Origin: a virus
Taxonomy: Duplodnaviria > Caudoviricetes
Strand: one strand, 5' to 3'
DNA: 46,139 bases
Virus record (IMG/VR): IMGVR_UViG_3300028586_000745
Coordinates: 1-46,139 of that record
Made by a program: the position numbers and the translations under genes. Below, in pieces: positions 1 to 8,040 of the stretch (positions within the stretch are counted from its first letter, which is position 1; each line of letters starts with the position of its first letter). The notes beneath the pieces are model-generated. The model worked only from the letters and a program-made list of their open reading frames with translations. It searched no databases and had not been told where the DNA came from.

Positions 1-366
1 TCAGGATGCAGCGAGGTACACCCTGAGTAGATGTGGGGTGACGGCAAGTTCCACGCACCATTCGGCGGGGTCGTGGCGCCACTTGCGAAGGTCTGCGAGC
101 AGGTTCGCGTCGATCAACCGACGGGCGGCGGTGAGGTCCGCGTAGTGCTCGAGCTTCGGGAGGAGGAGGCCCACGTCGCGATGACGGGCCTCAGCGTGTG
201 CCGCTTCGTGGGCTAGGACGCTGCGCCGGTGGATCTTCTTGAGCCGAGGCCGTACGAGAACAGTCCGCACGTCATCGACGTAGAGGCCGTTGGCCGATCG
301 GAGCGGGTACTCGACCAGCTGAACTCCGAGCGCTTCCAGGTGAGCCTCTGGTTCATACGCCCCCAC
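1..366 (-). CDS. ImmA/IrrE-family metallo-endopeptidase (repressor-cleaving antirepressor protease)
   Basis: HEAAH (HExxH) motif in RRSVLAHEAAH, downstream E..AD..AARRLI; directly downstream of the XRE repressor. Confidence 0.85.
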   Translation of the reverse strand: MGAYEPEAHLEALGVQLVEYPLRSANGLYVDDVRTVLVRPRLKKIHRRSVLAHEAAHAEARHRDVGLLLPKLEHYADLTAARRLIDANLLADLRKWRHDPAEWCVELAVTPHLLRVYLAAS

Positions 367-369
367 GAA

Positions 370-846
370 TCACTCCTGTGTGTCGTCGTCATCTTCTTCC
401 ACACCTCCCTCGTCGAGAGAGGCGACGGCTTGGTGAGAGCCATCCTCATAGTCGGCACCGCCGCCGACATTCGGGAACGGAACCACGTTGGACTGCGTTC
501 CTCGGATGCCGTCGGCAAGGCCGCTGATCGCGATGTCTACGTGCCGGCCGCGGCGGTCTTCGGGAATCTGCTCGATGAGCGTGCCCATCGTCGTCAGCCA
601 CAGTTCGGTCTGCTGTTCGAACACAACGGGGTCGGTCTCGACGCCGAGCGCGTTGAGCACTCGGATCAGGGTCTTGAGCTGCGGCGTGAAGCCGTTCTCC
701 ATGTTGTTGACCGTCTGACGCGACGTCTTCGCCTCGGTGGCAAGCTCCTGCTGTGTAAGACCAGCCACAAGACGAAGTGTCTTGACTCGGCTTGCCCACT
801 CAGCGCGCTCCTCCGCAGTCAGCGTGTCGAAGCTATTACTTGACAT
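370..846 (-). CDS. Immunity repressor, XRE-family HTH
   Basis: RLVAGLTQQELATEAKTSRQTVNNMENG HTH signature; divergent from a Cro-like gene. Confidence 0.85.
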   Translation of the reverse strand: MSSNSFDTLTAEERAEWASRVKTLRLVAGLTQQELATEAKTSRQTVNNMENGFTPQLKTLIRVLNALGVETDPVVFEQQTELWLTTMGTLIEQIPEDRRGRHVDIAISGLADGIRGTQSNVVPFPNVGGGADYEDGSHQAVASLDEGGVEEDDDDTQE

Positions 847-980
847 CGCCCTGCCCGTTCTCCCGTGTGTTCACGTCGATGACAGTACACAAACTTTGAC
901 ATGGCGCGCAAGTCCGCAGAACGAACTTTGACATTCGGGGTTGCGGCGAGTGTCAAAGAGTGCGTAGAGTCCTTGACATG
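838..980. promoter_or_regulatory. Divergent lysis/lysogeny switch with repeated TTGACA-containing operator candidates
   Basis: AACTTTGACAT at 892-902 and 924-934; inverted copy TGTCAAAG 951-958; further TTGACAT copies at the repressor and cro starts. Candidate promoters: leftward TTGCGC(911-906)-18-TACTGT(887-882), rightward TTGCGG(941-946)-18-TAGAGT(965-970). Confidence 0.6.
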
Positions 981-1181
981 CCAGGACAACGAGGTAGCCC
1001 GGGGGAGTCCATCAGGACCCTCCGACAACTGGCCGGCCTGTCTCTGGAAGCTGTCGCGTCCACGGCGGACACCTCAACCGCGTACCTGTCGAAAGTGGAG
1101 ACCGGGAAACTCGTCCCCACCAAGTCGTACGTGGCGAAGGTGACCACCGCGATCGCGGCTCATCTCAGAGACGCGGCATGA
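978..1181 (+). CDS. Cro-like HTH regulator
   Basis: IRTLRQLAGLSLEAVASTADTSTAYLSKVETGK XRE HTH; first rightward gene; ATG 978 chosen over GTG 960. Confidence 0.8.
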   Translation: MPGQRGSPGESIRTLRQLAGLSLEAVASTADTSTAYLSKVETGKLVPTKSYVAKVTTAIAAHLRDAA

Positions 1182-1405
1182 AGCCCTTCGAGGGCGAGGA
1201 AGCGATCGACACTGCTGGCCTCGCTCAGATGCTCCGCATCTCCGTCTGGAAGGCACGGGAACACGGGAAGGATCCGCTGTTCCCGTCCTTCCAGGAAGGC
1301 AACAACTACAGGTTCTGGCCCTCCGAGGTCAGGGAGTACCTGAAGCAACCACGGGATCCGTGGAAGCAGTCGGCCCGTTCCCGAGGCCGCAAGCGCGTCC
1401 GGTAG
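1178..1405 (+). CDS. Excisionase-like / HTH_17 DNA-binding protein
   Basis: IDTAGLAQMLRIS...PSFQEGNNYRFWPSEVREYL winged-HTH pattern; ATGA overlap with cro. Confidence 0.7.
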   Translation: MKPFEGEEAIDTAGLAQMLRISVWKAREHGKDPLFPSFQEGNNYRFWPSEVREYLKQPRDPWKQSARSRGRKRVR

Positions 1406-1679
1406 CCAGCCCGGATTCTCACCGCCCGACATGGGCGGTACTCGTCGCGCCTCGACGCGGCACACATAGCCACTCGGACGGCCGACCAACGATCGCCAAT
1501 GCGCCGAGGCAGCAGCACACAGAGGAAGCAAGGCAGTAGAGCAGGCGGGCGCCGTGGTGGGCGTGGCCGTCATTCCTGCCTTCACCACCAACTTCCGCCT
1601 CCATGGGGTGTCACACGAGGGCCATCGGCTCCGGGCATCGACGAGGCGTGCGGGATGGAGCACTTCACGAGGGCCTACG

Positions 1680-1747
1680 GGCTCCGGGTGCTGAACCGCC
1701 GGCCCCGACAAGCCGAGAAGACGCGCGATCGAATCGCGCCGGGGCTG
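1680..1747 (+). ncRNA. Degenerate tRNA-like element
   Basis: Acceptor-like stem GGCTCCG(1680-86)/CGGGGCT(1740-46) stacked on T-like arm GCGCG-ATCGAAT-CGCGC(1723-39); short D-like arm; anticodon-like arm CGGC-CCCGACAA-GCCG; no CCA. Confidence 0.4.
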
Positions 1748-1749
1748 CG

Positions 1750-1787
1750 AGAGCGACGGAGTTGACCCGAACCTCCGCCGTCGCTCT
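1750..1787 (+). terminator. Stem-loop, possible terminator or processing hairpin
   Basis: AGAGCGACGG(1750-59)/CCGTCGCTCT(1778-87), 10 bp; weak U tract. Confidence 0.4.
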
Positions 1788-1816
1788 TCCACATTCGAAC
1801 GAGCAAGGGAGCACCG

Positions 1817-2065
1817 ATGAGCACTACAGCACGCAAGGCCCGCAAGCGTCACCGCCGCGACGCTCTCTGGATGGCGTCCGTCGGATTCGACGTGAAGGTG
1901 CCGCCGAAGTTCCACCACCCCGTCAAAGTCGGCACCCCGGTCGGACAGCGGGCGGTCAGCATGCAGCAGACCGACCGCATCGATGAGCAGGTCATGTCGA
2001 AGCTCGGCCTGTTCTCCGCACTGCGTTCCGGGTTCGCCCGAGGGAAGAACGGACGAGCACGGTGA
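1817..2065 (+). CDS. Hypothetical basic protein
   Basis: RBS AAGGGAG upstream; phage-like codon use. Confidence 0.7.
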   Translation: MSTTARKARKRHRRDALWMASVGFDVKVPPKFHHPVKVGTPVGQRAVSMQQTDRIDEQVMSKLGLFSALRSGFARGKNGRAR

Positions 2066-2143
2066 TCATCGCGTTCATCCGCCGGCACCTCATCGCGGAC
2101 GATCCGGATCCGCAACTGTCACGCCTCGACGTGCTCGACGGCC

Positions 2144-2455
2144 GTGACTGATCCGACGCCGTTCCGGCTGTCGAACCACGCGATTGAGCGTGCGCTCGAG
2201 ATGAGCGTCAGCGGGGAAGAGATCCGCGCGGGCTTCGACCGTCCGACCGAAGTGATCTGGTCGCAGAAGTACAAGTGCTGGTGGTTCCTCCGGGGACGCA
2301 TCACCTTGTCGGTCACCGAAGACCGCGAGTGCGTCATCACCATCCTGTGGTCCAACGAGCACGACTGGCGTCTCGACTACGCCCGCGGCGGCGACCATGC
2401 CGGCCGGGGCAGGAGATCGAGCACAGACATGCGACACCTCAGGAAGCGCGCATGA
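2144..2455 (+). CDS. DUF4258-like protein (RelE/BECR-like RNase fold candidate)
   Basis: FRLSNHAIERALE...EIR...P...ITLSV...VITILW pattern. Confidence 0.6.
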   Translation: MTDPTPFRLSNHAIERALEMSVSGEEIRAGFDRPTEVIWSQKYKCWWFLRGRITLSVTEDRECVITILWSNEHDWRLDYARGGDHAGRGRRSSTDMRHLRKRA

Positions 2456-2556
2456 CTGCCGCTTCCCACATCCACCTTTTCATCAGCACCTGCGGGCGCT
2501 GGGCATGCGCGTCATGCTCAGCGCCCGCTCCTCTTGGACCAGTGAAGGAGCCCGTC

Positions 2557-2670
2557 ATGGGAGACATCGGACGCCCCGTGCGTCACATCGAGCTCGAGCC
2601 CGTCGAGCAGCCCACCAGTGTCCCGGCCGAGCCGGCGGTCACGCCCGAGCGTGAGGAGCAGCCCGCATGA
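2557..2670 (+). CDS. 37-aa acidic Pro-rich peptide (MGDIGRPVRHIELEP...)
   Basis: Strong RBS GAAGGAG 2544-2550; stop overlaps the next ATG; alternative in-frame start at 2452. Confidence 0.65.
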   Translation: MGDIGRPVRHIELEPVEQPTSVPAEPAVTPEREEQPA

Positions 2671-3320
2671 CCCCGTCAGAGTTCGCCGGCCTTGGCCTCG
2701 CTCCCGGTGTGGTGCGAGGCACCCGATCGTTCAGCGTCGACGCGTACGGCCGCCTCACTGGCGTCACCCATCGTCAGGTGTGGACTCCCGGTGAGAACAA
2801 CGCCGAGTGCCGGAAGCGGAACGACCCGTACGCCTTCCTAAGCGGCTACTTTGCATCGTCTTCGTCGGCTGCGACGTATGCGACGACGCCGCCTTCAACG
2901 TTCAACGGCAGGATGCGGATCCTCGCTGGCCTTCCTGCGTCTCCATCCGCTCATGTCGTCGTCGACGAGTCGCCGACGCAGCACACGTACGCGGAGTGCA
3001 CGTGCGGCTTCTACGGCTACTTCGACGGCTCCGACGACTTCCACGACGAGAAGCGCATCAGCGCCGTCGTCGAGGGATACGGCGAGACCGTCATCGGCAC
3101 TCGTGGTTTCCGGGCGAAGAAGGCCCGCATCGTCGCACTCACCGTGCGCGCCGGGCTCGACGAGCTCACCGAGTCGATGGTCCGGAAGGTGCGCCGCAAC
3201 TACCAAGGAGTCCCGACGTTCGACTCGTTCGACGTCATGGTCGCCGAGTTCGCTCCCGACTACGGGTTCGAGCCGTCACCGGACACGGTCGACGACTTCT
3301 GGACGAGGGACGCGACGTGA
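2667..3320 (+). CDS. Hypothetical protein with Cys/His metal site; possible ADP-ribosyltransferase-like fold
   Basis: G.R.F, W.PG.N.A.C, H...CTCGFY, VEGYG...G.RGFRA motifs. Confidence 0.7.
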   Translation: MTPSEFAGLGLAPGVVRGTRSFSVDAYGRLTGVTHRQVWTPGENNAECRKRNDPYAFLSGYFASSSSAATYATTPPSTFNGRMRILAGLPASPSAHVVVDESPTQHTYAECTCGFYGYFDGSDDFHDEKRISAVVEGYGETVIGTRGFRAKKARIVALTVRAGLDELTESMVRKVRRNYQGVPTFDSFDVMVAEFAPDYGFEPSPDTVDDFWTRDAT

Positions 3321-4105
3321 GCGCGATCGACGTCTTCCGCTACGGACAGCGGGACGTCCGGGTGATCGCCATCGACGGCGAATCGTGGTTCATCGCGGCA
3401 GACGTGCTCGCGATCCTCGAGCTCGACCGCACGGCTCTCCGACGACTCGATGAAGACGAGAAGGGGGTGGGTTCAATCCACACCCCTGGCGGACAGCAGA
3501 CCGTCACCACGATCAGCGAGCCAGGCCTCTACGCCCTCGTCCTCGGGTCGCGGAAGCGTGAAGCTGTCGAGTTCCAGCGCTGGGTGACGCACGACGTACT
3601 CCCCGCGATCAGGAGAACCGGGCAGTACGTCGCCCCGGCGCCGGAGGACGACGCATCGCTCGTCGCCCGCGCGTTGCAGGCCTCGGCTCGGATGCTCGAG
3701 CAGAAGGATGCACAGATCGCCGTCCTCACTCCTCGCGCTCAGGCGTGGGACGAACTCGCCGAGGCGTCCGGGGACTACGAGGTCGCCGACGCCGCGAAGA
3801 TCCTCGCCCGCGCCGGCATCGACGTCGGCCGCACACGACTCTTCGACCGGCTCGAAGACATGGGCTGGATCTTCCGAGGGCCCGCCGACAAGTACGGGCC
3901 CGGCAAGTGGAAGGCCCGCCAGTCCGCAGTCGACTCCGGCTACCTCGCCGAGCGGCCCCAGTCCCACCACCACCCGCGCACCGGCCTCGTCGTCATCGAC
4001 CCGCCTCAGGTGCGCATCACCATCCGCGGCATCGAACGTCTCCGCGTCCGACTCGGACGGCTCGACGCCCCCGCACTCCACGCAGTCGAAGGAACGAACG
4101 CATGA
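3317..4105 (+). CDS. Phage antirepressor (BRO-N + KilAC/ANT domain)
   Basis: VRVIAIDGESWFIAADV...ISEPGLYALVLGSRKREAVEFQRWVTHDVLPAIRRTGQY (BRO-N); C-terminal AAKIL..GRTRLF..L...ITIRG. Confidence 0.9.
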   Translation: MSAIDVFRYGQRDVRVIAIDGESWFIAADVLAILELDRTALRRLDEDEKGVGSIHTPGGQQTVTTISEPGLYALVLGSRKREAVEFQRWVTHDVLPAIRRTGQYVAPAPEDDASLVARALQASARMLEQKDAQIAVLTPRAQAWDELAEASGDYEVADAAKILARAGIDVGRTRLFDRLEDMGWIFRGPADKYGPGKWKARQSAVDSGYLAERPQSHHHPRTGLVVIDPPQVRITIRGIERLRVRLGRLDAPALHAVEGTNA

Positions 4106-4263
4106 ACAGCTCCTACGCACCCCAAGACCTCCGCACCGAAGACCCGAGACGCACCGCTTCGATCGAGGACGCACGCAGCACCGTCGCCACTGCCGTCCGG
4201 CGTCGCCTCGGCGACGACTGCCTCGACATCCTCATGGCCCTCGGCGTCGAGGACGCCGCATGA
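4102..4263 (+). CDS. Hypothetical protein
   Basis: ATGA-coupled at both ends. Confidence 0.6.
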   Translation: MNSSYAPQDLRTEDPRRTASIEDARSTVATAVRRRLGDDCLDILMALGVEDAA

Positions 4264-4475
4264 AGACTGTCGGCGGACTCGTCGCCCTGTCGTTCATCGC
4301 AGCGCTCTTCGCCTCCGTGAGGACGTACGGCTCACCCAGCTGGGTCGTCCTCACCTTCCTCGCCGTCGCCCTCTTCATCGGCGGCTTCTTCTGGCTCCTC
4401 GCGATCGTCAACGGTCCCGACCAGCCCACCTCCGACGAGCGCTACAGCGCCGACGCCCACAAGGAGCAACCGTGA
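4260..4475 (+). CDS. Small membrane protein (2 TM)
   Basis: Two hydrophobic segments; coupled overlaps. Confidence 0.65.
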   Translation: MKTVGGLVALSFIAALFASVRTYGSPSWVVLTFLAVALFIGGFFWLLAIVNGPDQPTSDERYSADAHKEQP

Positions 4476-4894
4476 CCCTCAACTCGTACGAGCTCGCCGC
4501 CGAAGCGCGCGACGCCGCCGTCCACAACCAGACCGCCGGCAACACCGAACTTGCGAAGGCGCACGCGCTCATGGCGATCATGCATCTGCTCTCCGCCCAG
4601 AACGAACCGTCGCGGATCACCGTCAACGTCGTCCCCGGGGACGGGGTGCCCGACTTCGACGCGATCAGCGGCCGTCTCTGGCATCTGCCGGAAGTCAGCC
4701 AGGGGACGCACGCGCCCCTCCCCACCGAGCAGGGCGTCTACAAGTCCGCGATGGGCATCTTCTGGTTCCGGTCCGGCATCGAGACCACGACGCCCTGGCT
4801 CGACATCACCAGAGCGCACTGCGAAGACCGCTGGTTCACCGAAGCGGAAGCCGCGAAGCACGCCCCCTTCACCCGGATGGAAGCCGCAGCATGA
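4472..4894 (+). CDS. Hypothetical protein
   Basis: RBS AAGGAG; GTGA overlap. Confidence 0.7.
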   Translation: MTLNSYELAAEARDAAVHNQTAGNTELAKAHALMAIMHLLSAQNEPSRITVNVVPGDGVPDFDAISGRLWHLPEVSQGTHAPLPTEQGVYKSAMGIFWFRSGIETTTPWLDITRAHCEDRWFTEAEAAKHAPFTRMEAAA

Positions 4895-5307
4895 GCGAGC
4901 ACGAGAGCCCGATGCCCGGACAGATCTACCAGACGGTGCAGGACCTCACGGCGTACGACGCCGAGACAGGCAGGTACGCGACGGACGACATCGACGAGGC
5001 GCAGGTCATCACGTCGCTCGTCGACCGGGAAGGAACGGTGGTCGGTGAGACGCACAAACTCATCATCGACCTGGACCTCCCCGCGCAGCTCATCTCGTCG
5101 AGCACGGAGGGGCACTTCCACCTCTACGTGGACAAGGAGATCCCGGACGCTGCCTGGCAAGCGCTGATGTACGCGCTAGCAGCGGCCGGCCTGATCGAGC
5201 CGGGCTACATGCGAGCGTCGATCTCTCGCGGGTTCACAGCCGTTCGGCTCCCGTGGGTCAAGAAGGAAGCCGCGAAGCCCATCACCGACGGTGAGGACCT
5301 ATTTTGA
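4891..5307 (+). CDS. Hypothetical protein with AEP/prim-pol-like motifs
   Basis: LIIDLD...SSTEGHFHLYVD. Confidence 0.65.
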   Translation: MSEHESPMPGQIYQTVQDLTAYDAETGRYATDDIDEAQVITSLVDREGTVVGETHKLIIDLDLPAQLISSSTEGHFHLYVDKEIPDAAWQALMYALAAAGLIEPGYMRASISRGFTAVRLPWVKKEAAKPITDGEDLF

Positions 5308-6299
5308 CCGGCCGCATTGAGCTCGACCTGGACGAGCGCGCGTTCACAGTCGTCGACGTCGTCTCCGACAGTCCCGAGTGGGAGCAGGAACGCAGCGGCA
5401 GTCTCGGCGCCAGTGAGTCGCCCGCGATCCTCGGCCTGTCGCCATGGGACACGCCCCTGTCGATCTGGCGCAGGAAGAAGGGCGCCCCCGACGACTTCGA
5501 CCCCGTCCTCGGGTTCATCGGCCACCGGTCCGAGGTCATCATCGCCGAGTGGGTGGAACGGTTCTCCGACCAGGCGGGCGTGAAGCTCGAGCCAGCGTTC
5601 ATGGCTCGATCCGTCGAGTGCCCCTGGCTCCACGCCTCGTTCGACCGCATCTCCCACGACGAGACCGGCCGACTTGTCACGTGGCAGTTCAAGACCGCGC
5701 ACCAGTACGGCTCCCACCACTGGGACGAAGGCGTGCCGACCGACATCCGCGTGCAGGTGCAGCAGGAGATCTTCGTCGCAGGCACCGAGGGAGCGTGGGT
5801 CGTCGTGTGGATCGGCGGCCGCGAGTTCCGCATGTTCTGGGAACCCCGGGACGAGCGGTTCATCCGCGACTACCTCATCCCCACCACGGAGGCGTTCTGG
5901 TTCGACCACGTCGTTGCAGCCGTCGCCCCCGAACCGTCAACCCTCGCCGAGGTTGACGCTCTCATGCCGGGCGACGCAGACCATGTCCTCGACGGCGACG
6001 AGCGTCTCTACGACCTGTGGTCCGAGTTCGGCCGACAGCAGGCCCTCGAAAAGGAGGCCGCTCAGATGCTCGACGTCGTGAAGCTCGAACTGAAAAAGGC
6101 GATGCAGGCCGCCGAAGCCATCGAGCTCCGCCACGACGGCAAGACGCTGTTCACGTGGAAGCAGAACAAGCCCACCCGCGTCTTCGACAAGAAGCGGTTC
6201 GAAGCCGACCACCCCGACCTCGCCGCCGAGTACACGTCCACCCGGCCCGGCAACCGTCCGTTCTTCCGCAAGACCGTGAAGCAGGTAACCCATGACTGA
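5304..6299 (+). CDS. YqaJ/RecE-like recombination exonuclease
   Basis: W...R...LGASE.PAILGLSPW.TP, ASFDR, QFKT, VQVQQ motifs; adjacent to recT. Confidence 0.9.
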   Translation: MTGRIELDLDERAFTVVDVVSDSPEWEQERSGSLGASESPAILGLSPWDTPLSIWRRKKGAPDDFDPVLGFIGHRSEVIIAEWVERFSDQAGVKLEPAFMARSVECPWLHASFDRISHDETGRLVTWQFKTAHQYGSHHWDEGVPTDIRVQVQQEIFVAGTEGAWVVVWIGGREFRMFWEPRDERFIRDYLIPTTEAFWFDHVVAAVAPEPSTLAEVDALMPGDADHVLDGDERLYDLWSEFGRQQALEKEAAQMLDVVKLELKKAMQAAEAIELRHDGKTLFTWKQNKPTRVFDKKRFEADHPDLAAEYTSTRPGNRPFFRKTVKQVTHD

Positions 6300-7065
6300 T
6301 CTCTCCACCAACGCAGCACAGGCGCAAGTCGCACGGGCGCAGCCCACCATCCGCGACCTCGTGCAGGCGCAGCAGTCAGCAATCGAGGTGCAGCTCGCCG
6401 GCACGGTGAACTCCGGAGCGTTCGTCAGAGCCGCGATCAGCGAGATCTCGAAGTCGCCGCAGCTGCAGCAGGCCACCCCGCAGTCGGTGCTCGGCAGCAT
6501 CATGCTCGCCGCGCAGCTGAAGCTCGAGATCGGGTCCGCGCTCGGCCAGTTCTACCTCACCCCGAGGAAGGACGCGGGGAAGCAGATCTGCCTCCCGATC
6601 ATCGGCTACCAGGGCTTCATCGAGCTCGCGTACCGGTCGGGCCGCATCGACGCGATCGAGACGCTCCTCATCCGCGAGGGCGACGCATTCAACTACTGGG
6701 CGGACTCGTCCGGCGGGCTGCAGTTCGACTGGAAGCCCGTCGACCACGACGAGACCCGCTCCTGGGTCGGCGCGATCGGCGTTGCGCACATCAAGGGCGG
6801 CGGGCGGCCCGTGTGGGCGTACCTGCCCCGCGACAAGGTCCTAGCCCGACGCCCCCGGTATTGGGAGTCCGGGCCGTGGAAGACGAATGAGGAGGAGATG
6901 GCACGGAAGACCATCGTCCGCGCGATGGCTCCGTACCTGCCGAAGTCGACCGAGTTCGCCCGCGCGGTCGAGGTCACCCGCGAGGTGGAGGAGAACGGCA
7001 AGCGCGTCGATTCCATCCAGGGACTGCAGGACCTCGTCATCCAAGAGGGCGGCGATCAGGATTGA
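6292..7065 (+). CDS. recT: RecT-family single-strand annealing protein
   Basis: LGQFYLTP, IIGYQGFIELAYRSG, PW...EEMARKT motifs. Confidence 0.92.
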   Translation: MTDLSTNAAQAQVARAQPTIRDLVQAQQSAIEVQLAGTVNSGAFVRAAISEISKSPQLQQATPQSVLGSIMLAAQLKLEIGSALGQFYLTPRKDAGKQICLPIIGYQGFIELAYRSGRIDAIETLLIREGDAFNYWADSSGGLQFDWKPVDHDETRSWVGAIGVAHIKGGGRPVWAYLPRDKVLARRPRYWESGPWKTNEEEMARKTIVRAMAPYLPKSTEFARAVEVTREVEENGKRVDSIQGLQDLVIQEGGDQD

Positions 7066-7424
7066 GCAAGGCATCGCAGAAGGGTTCGTCGTTCGAGCGG
7101 CTGATCGCCGACCACCTCAAGGAACGGCTACGAGACGACCGCATCGACCGACGCGTGAAGCGTGGGCAGAAGGACACCGGCGACATCGCCGGTGTCCTTT
7201 CTCCTTTCGGCGGACGCGTCGTCATCGAAGCGAAGAACCACGCCCGCATGGACCTCGCCCACTGGGTCGACGAGGCCGAAACGGAGCGGGGCAACGACGA
7301 CGCCGTCGTCGGCGTCGTCGTCCACAAGCGCCGGGGCAAGGGGCAGCCGGGCGACCAGTACGTGTCGATGACCGTCGACACGCTCGTGCACCTCCTCGGA
7401 GGACCGGCGGAAGGCATGCCATGA
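7062..7424 (+). CDS. Holliday junction resolvase (PD-(D/E)xK type)
   Basis: KGSSFER...DTGDI...VVIEAKN...VVHKRRG. Confidence 0.8.
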   Translation: MSKASQKGSSFERLIADHLKERLRDDRIDRRVKRGQKDTGDIAGVLSPFGGRVVIEAKNHARMDLAHWVDEAETERGNDDAVVGVVVHKRRGKGQPGDQYVSMTVDTLVHLLGGPAEGMP

Positions 7425-7852
7425 AAGCTGCTTGCAGTATCACCGGCTGCGGACGAGAGCAGCATGCGCGGACCCTGTGCGACATGCACAGCCGGCGAGT
7501 CAAGAACACGGGCGACCCGCACAACCGCGGTAGTCGCGGCGGAAGGCCACTGAAGGGTGCGCACCCGACGTGGGCGGCCATCCACAAGCGCCTCTACCGC
7601 CAACGAGGCTCTGCCCGCGCATACGCCTGCGTTGACTGCGGGAAGAACGCTCGCGAGTGGTCATACGACGGGCAGGACCCGAACGAGTTGATCGGGAACT
7701 CGCACCAGTGGCGGCTCGCCTACTCGCTCGACCTGTCCCACTACTTCCCGCGTTGCTCGTCGTGCCACCGCCTGTTCGACAAGCGGTTGGCCGACCGGCC
7801 TGGGCAGCCCGCTGGCCTGCAGCTGCTCATCACGGAGGGGATCAGCCGGTGA
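7421..7852 (+). CDS. HNH-like endonuclease with N-terminal CxxxGC...CxxH zinc finger
   Basis: CSITGC...LCDMH; CVDCG...EWSY...PRCSSCH. Confidence 0.7.
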   Translation: MKAACSITGCGREQHARTLCDMHSRRVKNTGDPHNRGSRGGRPLKGAHPTWAAIHKRLYRQRGSARAYACVDCGKNAREWSYDGQDPNELIGNSHQWRLAYSLDLSHYFPRCSSCHRLFDKRLADRPGQPAGLQLLITEGISR

Positions 7853-8040
7853 AGCACCTGCCCATGCGTCCCGAGGAGGACGCCGTCGTCCGCGAACGCT
7901 GGGCAGCTGGCGTCCGCGACACCTACATCGCGGAGGAACTCGGCCGATCGCAGTCGATGATCCACCGCACCCGGAAGCGGCTCGGCCTGCTGCCCACCTA
8001 CGGGCGCGGCCGGCCACGGAAGCAGGAGCAACGCAGATGA
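7849..8040 (+). CDS. Small HTH DNA-binding protein
   Basis: EEDAVVRERW..G....IAEELGRS...RKRLGL. Confidence 0.65.
   Translation: MKHLPMRPEEDAVVRERWAAGVRDTYIAEELGRSQSMIHRTRKRLGLLPTYGRGRPRKQEQRR

Noticed and set aside
1614-1688. CRISPR mini-array
   Set aside because: Only two imperfect repeats and no cas genes; kept as a plain repeat
1680-1747. Functional tRNA-Val(GAC)
   Set aside because: 8-nt anticodon loop without U33, truncated D arm, A at the T54 position, no CCA
1499-1765. 88-aa ORF across the first structured gap
   Set aside because: No RBS, Arg/Gly-rich off-frame composition, not coupled to neighbours
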